A stretch of 41,570 nucleotides of DNA from Actinomycetota bacterium (GCA_027859125.1 JAQIBK010000048.1:1-41570), one strand, 5' to 3'; shown: positions 1 through 10,142, counted from the first letter of the stretch. The notes: generated by a model not told the origin, from the sequence alone. Program-made: numbers and translations.

Positions 1-68
1 ATGTATGCCCACAAGGGCATCGCGTCCATACGACCTCCGCGTCTAGAGGGATACTCGAACGACCGATT

Positions 69-1376
69 TCAGCAGCCGTCGTCGCCCCTGCGATCCAGTA
101 CGCGCCTCGCCTTACCAGCGGTGCGTTCCACCGTACCGGGTTCGACAAGCTTGACGCGCGCGTGCAGTCCAAGGACCGAGTGCAGCCTCTCGGCGACGTG
201 CTTCGTGAACGCCACCATATCAGCCATGATATCCGAAAAGACCTCCTCGGCGACTTCGATCTGCACCTCAAAGTCGTCTAGCCCGTGCTTGCGGTCAAGA
301 ACGATCAAGTAGTGTGGCCTGATTCCCTCGATCTTGAACAGTACATCCTCGATCTGGCTGGGGAATACGTTCACTCCGCGAATTATGAGCATGTCATCTG
401 TCCGCTTGCGCACCTTGTCCATTCTGGCGAGAGTCCTGCCGCATTCGCAGGGCTCGAAATGCAGACACGTCAGATCGTGGGTTCGGTATCTGAGCACCGG
501 GAACGCCTCCTTGCTGAGCGGAGTGATGATCAGCTCACCCTCCTGACCCGGTTCCACTGGTTCATCCGTCTCAGGATCGACGATCTCAACGAGAAAGTGG
601 TCCTCGGCGATGTGCAGACCTGTGTCGGCCTCACATTCACCGCTGACACCAGGGCCCATGACCTCGGAGAGTCCGTAGTTGTCCGTTGCCCGGATATGCA
701 GCCGCTCCTCGATCTCGGAACGTGTCACACCTGAACAAGGCTCACCGCCAAAGAGTCCAACTCGCAACATGAGTTTCGAGAAATCGATCCCGGCCTTCTC
801 CCCCACCTCGGCCATGAAGAGAGCATATGACGGCGTGGACACCAGCACCGTGGTCTGGAAGTCCTCCATCATCATCAGATGGCGTTCTGTGTTGCCGGCG
901 CTTGCAGGGATCACTGTGGCACCGATTCGCTCTATGCCATAGTGCATGCCGAACCCGCCGGTGAACATGCCATACCCGAATGCCATCTGCGCGCGATCGG
1001 TGTGAGTGACACCCGCTGCTGCTGCCACGCGAGCCGTGAGCTCGGTCCACGTATTCAGGTCGCCACGTGTGTAGCCGACGACGATCGGCTTGCCCGTCGT
1101 TCCGGATGACGAATGGATCCGCACGACGTCGTCGAGATCCACAGCGAACATGCCGAAGGGATATGTGTCGCGGAGCGCCGTCTTGTCCGTGAAGGGCAAC
1201 TTGCGAACGTCATCGAGTGACTTTATGTCACGAGGCCTCACTCCTCGGCGATCGAGCTCCTCGCGATAGTATGGAACCCGCTCGTAGACCCAGGAGACAG
1301 TCGACTGCAATCGGCGCAACTGCAGCTCGCGCAGCGCCTCACGGTCCATGGTCTCGTATTCACGATTCCAGATCAT
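69..1376 (-). CDS. paaK: phenylacetate-CoA ligase family protein (AMP-forming aryl-acetate--CoA ligase), copy 1
   Basis: ORF 69..1400. N-terminus MIWNREYETMDREALRELQLRRLQ and the SSSGTTGKP adenylate-forming P-loop fit the PaaK family, as does the length. Start placed at ATG 1376, which forms an ATGA overlap with the livF stop (1373-1375). A 429-aa paralogue lies at 25370..26659. Confidence 0.85.
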   Translation of the reverse strand: MIWNREYETMDREALRELQLRRLQSTVSWVYERVPYYREELDRRGVRPRDIKSLDDVRKLPFTDKTALRDTYPFGMFAVDLDDVVRIHSSSGTTGKPIVVGYTRGDLNTWTELTARVAAAAGVTHTDRAQMAFGYGMFTGGFGMHYGIERIGATVIPASAGNTERHLMMMEDFQTTVLVSTPSYALFMAEVGEKAGIDFSKLMLRVGLFGGEPCSGVTRSEIEERLHIRATDNYGLSEVMGPGVSGECEADTGLHIAEDHFLVEIVDPETDEPVEPGQEGELIITPLSKEAFPVLRYRTHDLTCLHFEPCECGRTLARMDKVRKRTDDMLIIRGVNVFPSQIEDVLFKIEGIRPHYLIVLDRKHGLDDFEVQIEVAEEVFSDIMADMVAFTKHVAERLHSVLGLHARVKLVEPGTVERTAGKARRVLDRRGDDGC

Positions 1377-2125
1377 CGCACATCGTCCTTTCCGTGCCAT
1401 TTTCCAAGGTAGATCAGTCGAACATCATCATCGGCGAGAAGATCATCGGCGGTACCGGACAGCACGATCTCGCCGGTGCGCATCACATAGCCGCGATCCG
1501 CGTGCTTGAGCGCCAGTTTGGCGTCCTGCTCGACCAGTAGAATCGATAGGCCTTCGGCGCGCAGAGCATCGAGGGTATGGAATATCTCGGCAATGACCTT
1601 GGGTGCCAACCCAAGGGACGGCTCGTCGAGCAGCAGCACCCTTGGCTTGGACATGAGTGCTCGAGCAACGGCAAGCATCTGCTGCTCGCCGCCTGATAGA
1701 GTCTCCGCACTCTGACCCGCGCGCTCCTCGAGTACCGGGAACAGCGAGTACACACGCTCTAGATCTTGAGCAAGAGAGGCCTCTCCCCTCCCCGATTTCG
1801 AGTACGCGCCTAGAACGAGATTCTCACGCACGCTCATGGGCCCGAAGAGCATCCGGCCCTCGGGCACGAGCGACACACCGATCCCGACAGCGCGTTCGGG
1901 TGTCGTTCTCGTGAGATCCCTATCATCCACGGACACGGATCCCGCGGTTGCGGTCACGAAGCCCACGATCGTCTTTAGAAGGGTGGATTTTCCAGCACCG
2001 TTCGATCCGATCACCGTGACCAACTCGCCGGAATGCACCTCGATGTCGATCCCGCGCAGCACATTCACCCGGCCGTAGCCGGATTCCAGCCCCTTCACGC
2101 GCAGCGAAGCACCGCGCTCACTCAT
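1373..2125 (-). CDS. livF: branched-chain/hydrophobic amino-acid-type ABC transporter ATP-binding protein (LivF-like)
   Basis: ORF 1373..2152. Walker A GSNGAGKST, signature LSGGEQQ, Walker B LLLDEPS. Start set at ATG 2125 (MSERGASL) because AGGAGG lies 6 nt upstream. This overlaps the livG stop by 8 nt. Confidence 0.85.
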   Translation of the reverse strand: MSERGASLRVKGLESGYGRVNVLRGIDIEVHSGELVTVIGSNGAGKSTLLKTIVGFVTATAGSVSVDDRDLTRTTPERAVGIGVSLVPEGRMLFGPMSVRENLVLGAYSKSGRGEASLAQDLERVYSLFPVLEERAGQSAETLSGGEQQMLAVARALMSKPRVLLLDEPSLGLAPKVIAEIFHTLDALRAEGLSILLVEQDAKLALKHADRGYVMRTGEIVLSGTADDLLADDDVRLIYLGKWHGKDDVR

Positions 2126-2888
2126 CTTCATCCTCCTGCCCCAAGTAGGCACGAAGGACTTCCGGGTCCTTCTGAATCAGCCGAGGAGGCCCCTCTGCGA
2201 TCTTGCGACCCTGATCCAAGACGACGATCTCGTCGCTTATCTCCATGACAAGCCCCATATCATGTTCGACGACTACCAGAGTGACTCCGGCATCCCTGAT
2301 CCTGTAGAGCGCTTCGGCGAGCGTTGCAGTCTCCGCATGGTTGAGACCGGCCGCCGGTTCGTCGAGCAGCATGAGTGTCGGTCCGGTAGCGAGCGCCCTT
2401 GCGATCTCCAGAAGCCGACGCAGACCGTGGGGCATGTCAGCGGCGGGCGAATCAGTCCAACTCTCCAGACCGAGGAGGCGCAGTAGTCTTGCGGCCTCTT
2501 CGCGCGCCAGTTTCTCCTCGGTGCCCGTGCCCGGAAGCCGCAATGCAGCGGCTATGAATCCCGTGCGCGTGCGTGCGTGCCTACCTACGAGAACGTTCTC
2601 CAGCGCCGTCATCTCCTCGAACAGCTGCGTGTTCTGGAACGTGCGCGCAACTCCACGAAGGACCACCTTGTGCGGCCGCTCACCTGTGAGCTCGCGGCCT
2701 TGGAAACTCACACTTCCCTCATCTGGGCGGTCAAAGCCTGTCAGCACGTTGAACAGCGTCGACTTGCCTGCACCGTTCGGACCGATGATCGCCTTGATGG
2801 AACCCTCGTGAACGTCGAAGGAGACACCATCGACTGCGGTAAGGCCACCGAACCGACGCGTCACGTCACGCACCTCGAGCAGACTCAT
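2118..2888 (-). CDS. livG: branched-chain/hydrophobic amino-acid-type ABC transporter ATP-binding protein (LivG-like)
   Basis: The recognisable ATPase begins at MSLLEVRDVTRRFGGLTAVDGVSF. Walker A GPNGAGKST, Walker B LMLLDEPAAG. ATG 2888 overlaps the livM TGA (ATGA). The longer ORF to 3272 is an arginine-rich extension that overlaps livM. Confidence 0.85.
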   Translation of the reverse strand: MSLLEVRDVTRRFGGLTAVDGVSFDVHEGSIKAIIGPNGAGKSTLFNVLTGFDRPDEGSVSFQGRELTGERPHKVVLRGVARTFQNTQLFEEMTALENVLVGRHARTRTGFIAAALRLPGTGTEEKLAREEAARLLRLLGLESWTDSPAADMPHGLRRLLEIARALATGPTLMLLDEPAAGLNHAETATLAEALYRIRDAGVTLVVVEHDMGLVMEISDEIVVLDQGRKIAEGPPRLIQKDPEVLRAYLGQEDEDE

Positions 2889-3874
2889 GGACGCACACCT
2901 GCCCCTCGTCGTCTGCGTCGCAACATTCCTGCGACTCCACCAGGCGCGAACAGCATGACGAGAATGATGATGAGACCGTATACGTCGGCCTCCCAGTCCT
3001 GGATCAGTGCGAGAGCGTCTCTCGACAGGCCCGGAATGATCGCATCGGCGAAAGGAAGCAAGGTGAGTAGCGCTGTGGCCACGAACGGCCCTGCGAGTGA
3101 GCCTGAGCCGCCCAGAACCGCCATAGCGATGAGAATCACAGAGAAGTGCAAGGAGAACGTGGAGGGCGACACGAAGCCGACCAGATGAGCGTAGAGAGAA
3201 CCTGCGACGCCTGCGAGCACTGCCGATACCGTGAACACGCGGACCTTGAGTCCGACAATGTCGATGCCGCACGCCATGGCGCCGAGTTCAGATCCGTGAA
3301 GGGCTCGCATCGCACGTCCTGGTCTCTGTCGCACGATGTTCGTCGCGAGAAGCAACGTTAGTCCAGCCGCTCCCCATGCCAACAGATAGGTGCCCACCGG
3401 AGCGCTCATCTCGAACGACCCGATACTGGGATACGGAATGCTGCCCAATCCATCCGGTCCGCCCGTTATCGGCTGAGCCTCGACGAACGCGATTCGCATT
3501 ATCTCGCCGAAACCCAGTGTGGCCATAGCCAGATAGTGTCCCTTGAGACGAAGACTGGGCAAGGCCAACAGCACGCCCCCCAGAGCGGAGAGGAGTATCG
3601 CAGCGATCAGTCCCACGATCCATGGCAGCCCCAGCGTCGTGGTCGCGTACCCTGACGCATAGGCGCCGATCCCATAGAAAGCGGCATGACCCAACGAAAT
3701 CTGCCCGGCATAACCGAACAGCAGCGCCAAGCCGGTCACGATGACCACGTTGATCGCTACGAAGCTCAGGACCTTGAGCAGGTATCGATCATCGACCAGG
3801 AGCGGCATGCAGGCCACAACAAGTGAGCCGATGGCAAGGGGTGCGAACTTGAGAACTCCCCTTCGCATGCTCAC
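2885..3874 (-). CDS. livM: ABC transporter permease (LivM-like)
   Basis: 329-aa polytopic membrane protein with typical LivM-like hydrophobic repeats. GTG start overlaps the livH stop by 4 nt (3871-3874). Confidence 0.8.
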   Translation of the reverse strand: MSMRRGVLKFAPLAIGSLVVACMPLLVDDRYLLKVLSFVAINVVIVTGLALLFGYAGQISLGHAAFYGIGAYASGYATTTLGLPWIVGLIAAILLSALGGVLLALPSLRLKGHYLAMATLGFGEIMRIAFVEAQPITGGPDGLGSIPYPSIGSFEMSAPVGTYLLAWGAAGLTLLLATNIVRQRPGRAMRALHGSELGAMACGIDIVGLKVRVFTVSAVLAGVAGSLYAHLVGFVSPSTFSLHFSVILIAMAVLGGSGSLAGPFVATALLTLLPFADAIIPGLSRDALALIQDWEADVYGLIIILVMLFAPGGVAGMLRRRRRGAGVRP

Positions 3875-4752
3875 ACCTTCTCCCGACGGGATCGGCTGAA
3901 CAGCCCTTGAGGCCTCACAAAGAGGACCAACAGAAGAACGAGGAGCGAGATCGCGTCCTTGTATGTCGAAGACAGGTACGCGATCGACATGCTCTCGATC
4001 AGTCCCAGCATGAGTCCTCCCGCAACAGCTGCGATCGGATTACCAAGACCACCCAGTATGGCGGCGGCAAAGCCTTTGACTCCGACTCTTGCGCCCGCGT
4101 CGAATGCAGTCTGAGTGAGGGGCGCAACGCTCAGACCGGCCAGACCACCCAGCGCCGCAGCAAGAGCGAATGAGACGGTCACGATCAGCCTCGTGTCAAC
4201 GCCCACCAAGCGTGCTGCGTCTCTGTTGATGGCGCAGGCGCGCAACGCGCGGCCCAGTTTCGTCTTGTTGTACACCCAATTCAGGATGACGACCGCCGTG
4301 ATCGTGAGCCCCCATATCCAGAGTGTCTGTCGCTCGATCGCAGCGCCGAACACCCGCACTGACGGTCCCGACGTGAATGCCGGGATCGCGAGCTCATCGG
4401 GGCCGAACAGATGACGCGCAAGCGAACTGAGCAGGAGCGAGCCGCCGATGGTGATGATGATCAGCGACAACTGATCACCATCTTTTCGCGGCCTGATCGC
4501 CAGCAACTCGAACAGGATACCCGTGGCCGCGGTCAACAGGATTCCCACAATCGCGGCCAGCCATAGAGGCAGCCCGAACGTTGCGAACGCCCAAACCGAG
4601 AACATGCCCCCGAGCATATAGAACTCACCCTGTGCGAAGTTGATCACGCCGGTGGACGCATACACGATCGTGAACCCGAGGGACACGAGCGCGTAGATGG
4701 ACCCGTTCTTCAGGCCGGAGATCACAAATTGCAGGAGTTCGGATCCACCCAC
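3871..4752 (-). CDS. livH: ABC transporter permease (LivH-like)
   Basis: 293-aa polytopic membrane protein. N-terminus LLQFVISGLKNGSIYALVSLGFTIVYA resembles LivH. Lies directly upstream of livM. Confidence 0.8.
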   Translation of the reverse strand: MGGSELLQFVISGLKNGSIYALVSLGFTIVYASTGVINFAQGEFYMLGGMFSVWAFATFGLPLWLAAIVGILLTAATGILFELLAIRPRKDGDQLSLIIITIGGSLLLSSLARHLFGPDELAIPAFTSGPSVRVFGAAIERQTLWIWGLTITAVVILNWVYNKTKLGRALRACAINRDAARLVGVDTRLIVTVSFALAAALGGLAGLSVAPLTQTAFDAGARVGVKGFAAAILGGLGNPIAAVAGGLMLGLIESMSIAYLSSTYKDAISLLVLLLVLFVRPQGLFSRSRREKV

Positions 4753-4758
4753 CTGTGG

Positions 4759-6003
4759 CTAGTCCCCCCCAACAAGCGTCCAGACGCCACCATCGATGCG
4801 ATACATGACGATGTCATTCTCGGACAGGCCGTTGTGGTCTTGTTCCGTGAAGGTGAAAGTGCCTCCAACGCCGACGAAGTCAGCGGTCTTTTCGATTTCA
4901 TCACGCAAGTCAGCCGAGGAGAACTCCTCCGGAAGCCGTTTCATGGCCTCAACGATTATGTTGAAAGCGTCGTATGCGTGTCCCGCGAAGATATCAGAAG
5001 CATCGCCGTACGCATCGGTGTATCGAGTTGTGAAGTCCTCGGCGACCCCCAACGAACCAACGCAGTCCGAGTACGCTTCGAGCATGAGGATCCTGCCAGC
5101 CGCAAACTCGAATCCCTCCGCGGCATCACCGGCGCCTTGCGCCAGCTCAAGTCGCGCATTACCCGGCGCACCAATGATCAGCGGAGCACCCGCAACAAGC
5201 TGATCGGAGCTGCTATCGCCATTGAAGCGCAGCGGACCGCCACCCCAGAGATCGATCCAGTTCTTGAGAATCGTGGCGGCCTCAGAACCTGCCGACCACA
5301 TGAACACGACGTCAGCTTCCGCGCCCTTGATCTTGGTCAACTGAGCTGTCATGTCGGCGTCACCACGGTTGTACGTCTCGTCGGCGACGATCTCCATGCC
5401 GTACTCATCGGCGAAGTCCAAGGTTACCTGACGCCCATCCTTGCCATAGCCGCCTGAGTCGGAGATCAGCGCGATCCTGGTCACACCCTGGTCCTTCAGA
5501 TAGGCCAAGGTGAATGGCACCACCAGGCGGTTGGGCCACGGCGTCTGAAAGACCCACTCATTGAACTCATCGGTGATCACGTTGCCGCCAGCCATTGAGA
5601 CCTGCGGAATCCCAGCACGCTCAATGTCGGAACGAACAGCCATCGACTGCCCCGTTTCCGTGGCGCCTATGATCGCGAGCACGTCCTCTTTCTCGATCAG
5701 CAAAGTGACCGCAGCCTGAGCCTTGGCCTCGTCAGTACCATCATCCTCGAAAAGAACCTCTACAGGCCGACCATGCACGCCGCCCTCATCGTTGATTCGA
5801 GCCATTTCCAGCTCAATTGCGTTGCGTTCCGGAGTGCCCAGACCGGCATATGTGCCGGATAGCGACAGAATGGCTCCTATGCGATAAGCCTCGTCCGATG
5901 AGGACGAGTTCGCGTCAGAACCACTGTCGCTGGATGCACATCCAGTCAGCGTCAGGGCGATCACACACGCAATCGATATCAACGTTCTCGTGCGACGAAA
6001 CAT
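4759..6003 (-). CDS. ABC transporter substrate-binding lipoprotein (LivJ/Peripla_BP_6-like), copy B
   Basis: ORF 4759..6042. Start placed at ATG 6003, giving MFRRTRTLISIACVIALTLTGC, a positively charged n-region followed by the lipobox LTGC. The mature part is homologous along its length to the upstream paralogue (YRIGA.LSLSGTYAGLG.PE..AIELE.ARIN..GGV). Confidence 0.8.
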   Translation of the reverse strand: MFRRTRTLISIACVIALTLTGCASSDSGSDANSSSSDEAYRIGAILSLSGTYAGLGTPERNAIELEMARINDEGGVHGRPVEVLFEDDGTDEAKAQAAVTLLIEKEDVLAIIGATETGQSMAVRSDIERAGIPQVSMAGGNVITDEFNEWVFQTPWPNRLVVPFTLAYLKDQGVTRIALISDSGGYGKDGRQVTLDFADEYGMEIVADETYNRGDADMTAQLTKIKGAEADVVFMWSAGSEAATILKNWIDLWGGGPLRFNGDSSSDQLVAGAPLIIGAPGNARLELAQGAGDAAEGFEFAAGRILMLEAYSDCVGSLGVAEDFTTRYTDAYGDASDIFAGHAYDAFNIIVEAMKRLPEEFSSADLRDEIEKTADFVGVGGTFTFTEQDHNGLSENDIVMYRIDGGVWTLVGGD

Positions 6004-6031
6004 GGCCGACCCCCAGAGTTGTACTCGTTTG

Positions 6032-7222
6032 CTACTCGGCAAGCACCCAAGCGCCGTCTTCGACCCTGTACATCACCAGGTCTGAAGCGGCCATTCCGTT
6101 GTGATCGTCAGCAGAGTAGTTGAACGTGCCTCCAATGCCAACGAAATCCGAGGTGTCCTCGATCGCGTCACGAAGCGACTCGCCTGTGACCTCGCCGTCA
6201 ACCCGTCCCAGGGCGTCAACGATGATGTGCAGTGCGTCATAGGCATGACCGGCGAAGGTATTGGGCGCCTCACCGTAGGCCTCCGTGTAGCGGTCTATGA
6301 AGTCCATCGCCACCTCATAGTTCTCGGTGTCGGTGCCATAGGACTCTGGGATGAGGATCTTGCCTGCTGCGAACACGAAGCCCTCCGCAGCGTCACCCGC
6401 ACCCTCTATGAACTCCATTCGCGCATTGCCATGGGTGCCAATAAGAGGGATCTCCAGTCCGAGCTGGTCCATGTTGCTCGCTACGATCGCGGCTTCCTTG
6501 CCCGCTGAGACGATCATGACTGCTTCAGCGCCCGACCCCTTGATCTTGGTCAGCTGCGCGGTCATGTCGGCGTCACCAGGATTGAACTCCTCGGTGGCGA
6601 CGATCTCGATATCGAACCCAGTGATCAGATCAGCGACAACTGCGGCTCCATCCTTGCCAAAGCCACCCGAATCGCTGATGAGTGCGATCTTGCTGATGCC
6701 CTGTCCCTCAAGATACTCAAAGGTGAACGGGGCGACGAGCGTGTTCGACCACGGCGTCTGGAACACCAAAGGATCGAAATCCGAGGTGACGACCGTGCCT
6801 CCTGCTGGCGAGACCTGTGGAATACCAGCGGCGTTGATGTCGCCCCTGATCGCCATGGTCGCGCCTGTCCCCGTCGCGCCGAGAACGGCAACGACATCTT
6901 CTTGATCGATCAAACGTGTGACAGCAGTGACAGCTGCTGCGGAATCTGTCGCGTCATCCTCGATGATGACCTCGATCAGATGCCCATTCACGCCTCCAGA
7001 CTCATTGATCCTTGCAACCTCTAGCTCGATAGCCTTCTGCTCCGGAGCTCCCAAACCCGCGTACGTGCCGCTAAGCGACAGTACCGCCCCAATGCGGTAA
7101 GGCTGCTCATCCTGGGCTACCACTTCTTCATCGGCATCCGACCCACATCCTGCCATCGGTACGATGATGATCGCCGAGGCGAGTATCAACGCGAGTGGGA
7201 GGATCCACCTACTATCTCGCAT
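6032..7222 (-). CDS. ABC transporter substrate-binding lipoprotein (LivJ/Peripla_BP_6-like), copy A
   Basis: 396-aa ORF. Signal peptide with lipobox MAGC (MRDSRWILPLALILASAIIIVPMAGCGSD). Paralogous to 4759..6003. Confidence 0.8.
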   Translation of the reverse strand: MRDSRWILPLALILASAIIIVPMAGCGSDADEEVVAQDEQPYRIGAVLSLSGTYAGLGAPEQKAIELEVARINESGGVNGHLIEVIIEDDATDSAAAVTAVTRLIDQEDVVAVLGATGTGATMAIRGDINAAGIPQVSPAGGTVVTSDFDPLVFQTPWSNTLVAPFTFEYLEGQGISKIALISDSGGFGKDGAAVVADLITGFDIEIVATEEFNPGDADMTAQLTKIKGSGAEAVMIVSAGKEAAIVASNMDQLGLEIPLIGTHGNARMEFIEGAGDAAEGFVFAAGKILIPESYGTDTENYEVAMDFIDRYTEAYGEAPNTFAGHAYDALHIIVDALGRVDGEVTGESLRDAIEDTSDFVGIGGTFNYSADDHNGMAASDLVMYRVEDGAWVLAE

Positions 7223-7316
7223 GACCCCTACCTTTCGATTGTCAACACACGACCTTTGATGTATCCGTAGAGGCCGTGTGTCGCCTCCATGCGCCTCTTG
7301 GCGCCTGTCTTGTGCG

Positions 7317-7733
7317 CTACACTCGCGCTATCTCCTCCTGCGATACGAGCCTCACAGGTTTGTTGTCCAGCAGTTTGAGCGAACGATCCGCATCCGCAAC
7401 ATTGATGACCACGTACGTGGATATGAGCGAGTACACATACTCGATGTTGACCCCGGCACCCGACACGATCTTGAGCACGGTTGCCAGGCCACCGGGTTGA
7501 TCGGGTAGATCGATGCAGATGACATCGTTCTCCTTGACTGTGAAGCCTCCAGCCTTGAGCACGGCAGCGCCCTTGTCCGGATCATCGACTATCAGCCTGA
7601 GGATGCCGTAATCCGCCGTGTCGGATACTGAGAACCCTCTGATATTCACATCTTGGCCACCGAGAGCGTCAGTCACGTCGCTGACGCGTCCAGCCTTGTT
7701 CTCGATGAAAACGGACAGCTGTCGCACCTTCAT
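7317..7733 (-). CDS. ACT-domain protein (tandem ACT), copy 1
   Basis: MKVRQLSVFIENKAGRVSDVTDAL...GILRLIV is a classic ACT beta-alpha-beta-beta-alpha-beta opening. The second half (VICIDLPDQPGGLATVLKIV) repeats it. ATG 7733 forms an ATGA overlap with the iorB stop. A paralogue lies at 24927..25355. Confidence 0.75.
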   Translation of the reverse strand: MKVRQLSVFIENKAGRVSDVTDALGGQDVNIRGFSVSDTADYGILRLIVDDPDKGAAVLKAGGFTVKENDVICIDLPDQPGGLATVLKIVSGAGVNIEYVYSLISTYVVINVADADRSLKLLDNKPVRLVSQEEIARV

Positions 7734-8320
7734 AGTGCACACTCCCCCTTCTCGCATGCTTGTCTGCCCAGTTCGAAGGCTCGCATATTGTCTTCAACTG
7801 TCTTGGCGGGAACCCTGGCAGCGATCACATCGCGCCAAGCTTCGACTTCGAACTCCAGCCCTGTCGACAACGCGCCGAGGAGGACGATGTTGGCCGACTT
7901 GATGCTGCCGATCTCACATGCGAGCTCCTCAGCATCAAGGAATATGGCCCGTTCATCGTCGAGTATCGCCTCAAGCCCTGTAGGTGCCGGCATCGTGCCG
8001 AGCAACACGGGCATGGGCTGAATGAACCTGGCATTGACCATCAGCCGACCATCTGGCTTCACGAAATGCAGCTGCCGACCGGCCTCGGTGATCTCGAACG
8101 CCACAAGATGGTCAACGCTGCCAGGATGAGCGATAGGAGAGTGAACCTCATCTCCGAAGCGAACGACGCTCGTGACCGACCCGCCGCGCTGTGCCATTCC
8201 GTGAACCTCGGATAGCTTCACGTCGAAGCCCGACGCAGCAGCCACCTTGGCCAGAACATCTGCGGCGAGTATTGTGCCTTGACCGCCCACTCCTGCCAGC
8301 ATGACCGTGACCGTGCTCAT
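7730..8320 (-). CDS. iorB: indolepyruvate:ferredoxin oxidoreductase subunit beta
   Basis: MSTVTVMLAGVGGQGTILAADVLAKV has the GxGGQG motif of 2-oxoacid:ferredoxin oxidoreductase gamma-type domains. About 196 aa. The start overlaps the iorA stop by 1 nt (TGATG). Confidence 0.85.
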   Translation of the reverse strand: MSTVTVMLAGVGGQGTILAADVLAKVAAASGFDVKLSEVHGMAQRGGSVTSVVRFGDEVHSPIAHPGSVDHLVAFEITEAGRQLHFVKPDGRLMVNARFIQPMPVLLGTMPAPTGLEAILDDERAIFLDAEELACEIGSIKSANIVLLGALSTGLEFEVEAWRDVIAARVPAKTVEDNMRAFELGRQACEKGECAL

Positions 8321-10083
8321 CAGACACCCCCGATGTCGCACGCGGGACCAGTGGCTTCGATCGCGTCATATCGGCACACCTGAACACATTGGCTGCAGCC
8401 GACGCATATCGTCACATCGATCTCAGCCTTGCCCGTGGACGTCTTGGATATCGCTGGACACCCGAGACCGATACAGAGGCCACATGCATTGCACATCTCA
8501 TCGTTGACCGAGAACGGCAACTCCTTCTCCTTGAGGAGCAGAGCGCAGGGCGCTTTGAACACGATCACGCTGAGGCCGTCGTGTGCCGTCTCCTCGCGCA
8601 ATGCTTGCACCGACGCGGCCAAGTCGTGCGGATCGACAGTACGGACCCTGTCGATTCCAAGAGCGGAGCACAGCGCCTCGATGTTCAGCTCACGGCTCTT
8701 GGTCCCCATGAGGGTTTGTCCATTGAGCGGATTGCCTTGATGTCCCGTCATCGCGGTGATGCGATTGTCCAAGATCGCCACGGTGGACGCGCCACCGTTG
8801 TAGGCGATATCCACAAGCCCGGCCATACCGCTGTGTGCGAATGTAGAGTCACCGATAACGGCAACCACTGGACGCTTCATGTTGCTATCTGACCGAGCGA
8901 TCTCCAGACCGTGGGCCATACCGATGCTGGCGCCCATACATACACAGCTGTCCATCGATGACATCGGCGGTAGCGCCCCAAGTGTGTAGCATCCGATATC
9001 ACCGGTGACGATCGCGTTGATCTTTCGGAGCGCATGATAGGCGCCACGATGTGGGCATCCGGGACACATGAGCGGTGGTCTGGGGGGAAGGTCGTCGATG
9101 GCTTCCCGCAACTGGGGCGCCGAAAGCCCGAATGCAGCGCCGATAGCGGCGGACGATAGCTCACCGGTTCGTGGAATATACAGCTCCGAGACCTCAAGTC
9201 CCATAGACCTCAGGCTCGACTCGAGGTATGGGTCAGCTTCCTCGACCACGACCAAACGCCCAACAGATGACGCGAATTCGGTCAGTCGCTTCACAGGAAG
9301 CGGGAACCCCATACCAAGCTTGAAAACCGAAGCCTCAGGCATTGCCTCACGTACATACTGGTATGAGACACCGGAGGTGACTATGCCGATGCTCGAATCG
9401 CGCATCTCCACACGATTGAGAGACGTCGTTTCGGCGAAGTCGACCAGAGCCGATAGCCGATCATCCAGATCCACTCGGCGGCGGCGAGCCATCGCAGGCA
9501 TCATCACCCATTTCGATGGATCTGACACGTACTCTCCAAGTGCAGCTGGGGTGATCGTGTCGCCGGTCTCCACAAGGCCTTTGGAGTGAGAAACGCGTGT
9601 GGTCGAACGCACGATCACAGGAATATCGAAGCGCTCTGAGAGTTCGAAGGCCTGCTTCGTGAACTCAAGCGCCTCGCCTGAATCCGAAGGTTCCACCAAG
9701 GCGACCTTCGCGAAGCGTGCGTAGTTGCGTGAATCCTGTTCGTTCTGCGATGAGTGCATTCCGGGGTCGTCCGCCACCAGAATCACTAGACCTCCGCCTA
9801 CGCCCGTGTAGGCCAGCGTGAATAGAGGATCCGCGGCCACATTCAGCCCGACGTGCTTCATGGTGACGAGAACTCGAACCCCACCCAGGCTGGCACCCGC
9901 AGCGACCTCCAAGGCTACCTTCTCGTTGGGAGCCCATTCTGCGTACACATCTGGCAGTTTGACGAAGCTCTCCAGCGTCTCAGTGGACGGCGTGCCCGGA
10001 TATCCGACGCCAACCTTGACGCCGGCCTCCCACGCACCCCTTGCAACCGCCTCATTGCCGGAAAGTAGTGTTCCTGACACCAC
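8320..10083 (-). CDS. iorA: indolepyruvate:ferredoxin oxidoreductase subunit alpha
   Basis: LLSGNEAVARGAWEAGV N-terminus. TPP motif GDSTFAHSGMAGL. Two C-terminal 4Fe-4S motifs (CNACGLCIGLGCP, CVGCSQCVQVC). The ORF runs to 10191, but the first 36 residues (MNEYSPQCIRPALWYHSSNCEQ...) look non-native. GTG 10083 is preceded by GAGGGG. The start is uncertain, either 10083 or 10191. Confidence 0.85.
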   Translation of the reverse strand: MVSGTLLSGNEAVARGAWEAGVKVGVGYPGTPSTETLESFVKLPDVYAEWAPNEKVALEVAAGASLGGVRVLVTMKHVGLNVAADPLFTLAYTGVGGGLVILVADDPGMHSSQNEQDSRNYARFAKVALVEPSDSGEALEFTKQAFELSERFDIPVIVRSTTRVSHSKGLVETGDTITPAALGEYVSDPSKWVMMPAMARRRRVDLDDRLSALVDFAETTSLNRVEMRDSSIGIVTSGVSYQYVREAMPEASVFKLGMGFPLPVKRLTEFASSVGRLVVVEEADPYLESSLRSMGLEVSELYIPRTGELSSAAIGAAFGLSAPQLREAIDDLPPRPPLMCPGCPHRGAYHALRKINAIVTGDIGCYTLGALPPMSSMDSCVCMGASIGMAHGLEIARSDSNMKRPVVAVIGDSTFAHSGMAGLVDIAYNGGASTVAILDNRITAMTGHQGNPLNGQTLMGTKSRELNIEALCSALGIDRVRTVDPHDLAASVQALREETAHDGLSVIVFKAPCALLLKEKELPFSVNDEMCNACGLCIGLGCPAISKTSTGKAEIDVTICVGCSQCVQVCRYDAIEATGPACDIGGV

Positions 10084-10142
10084 ACGCCTACCCCTCAGCC
10101 GCGCCTCGTACACGCGTGAATTCGCTTGTTCGCAATTGGACG

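Noticed and set aside
5-20. Hairpin ATGCCC-acaa-GGGCAT just downstream of the paaK1 stop, as a possible operon terminator.
   Set aside because: The stem is only 6 bp, and the downstream U-tract, if any, lies outside the window, so it cannot be evaluated.
2889-3272. Long N-terminal extension of the livG ORF (384 aa in the ORF track).
   Set aside because: The extension is Arg/His/Ser-rich, overlaps livM completely, and precedes a canonical ATPase N-terminus that starts at an ATGA-coupled ATG (2888).
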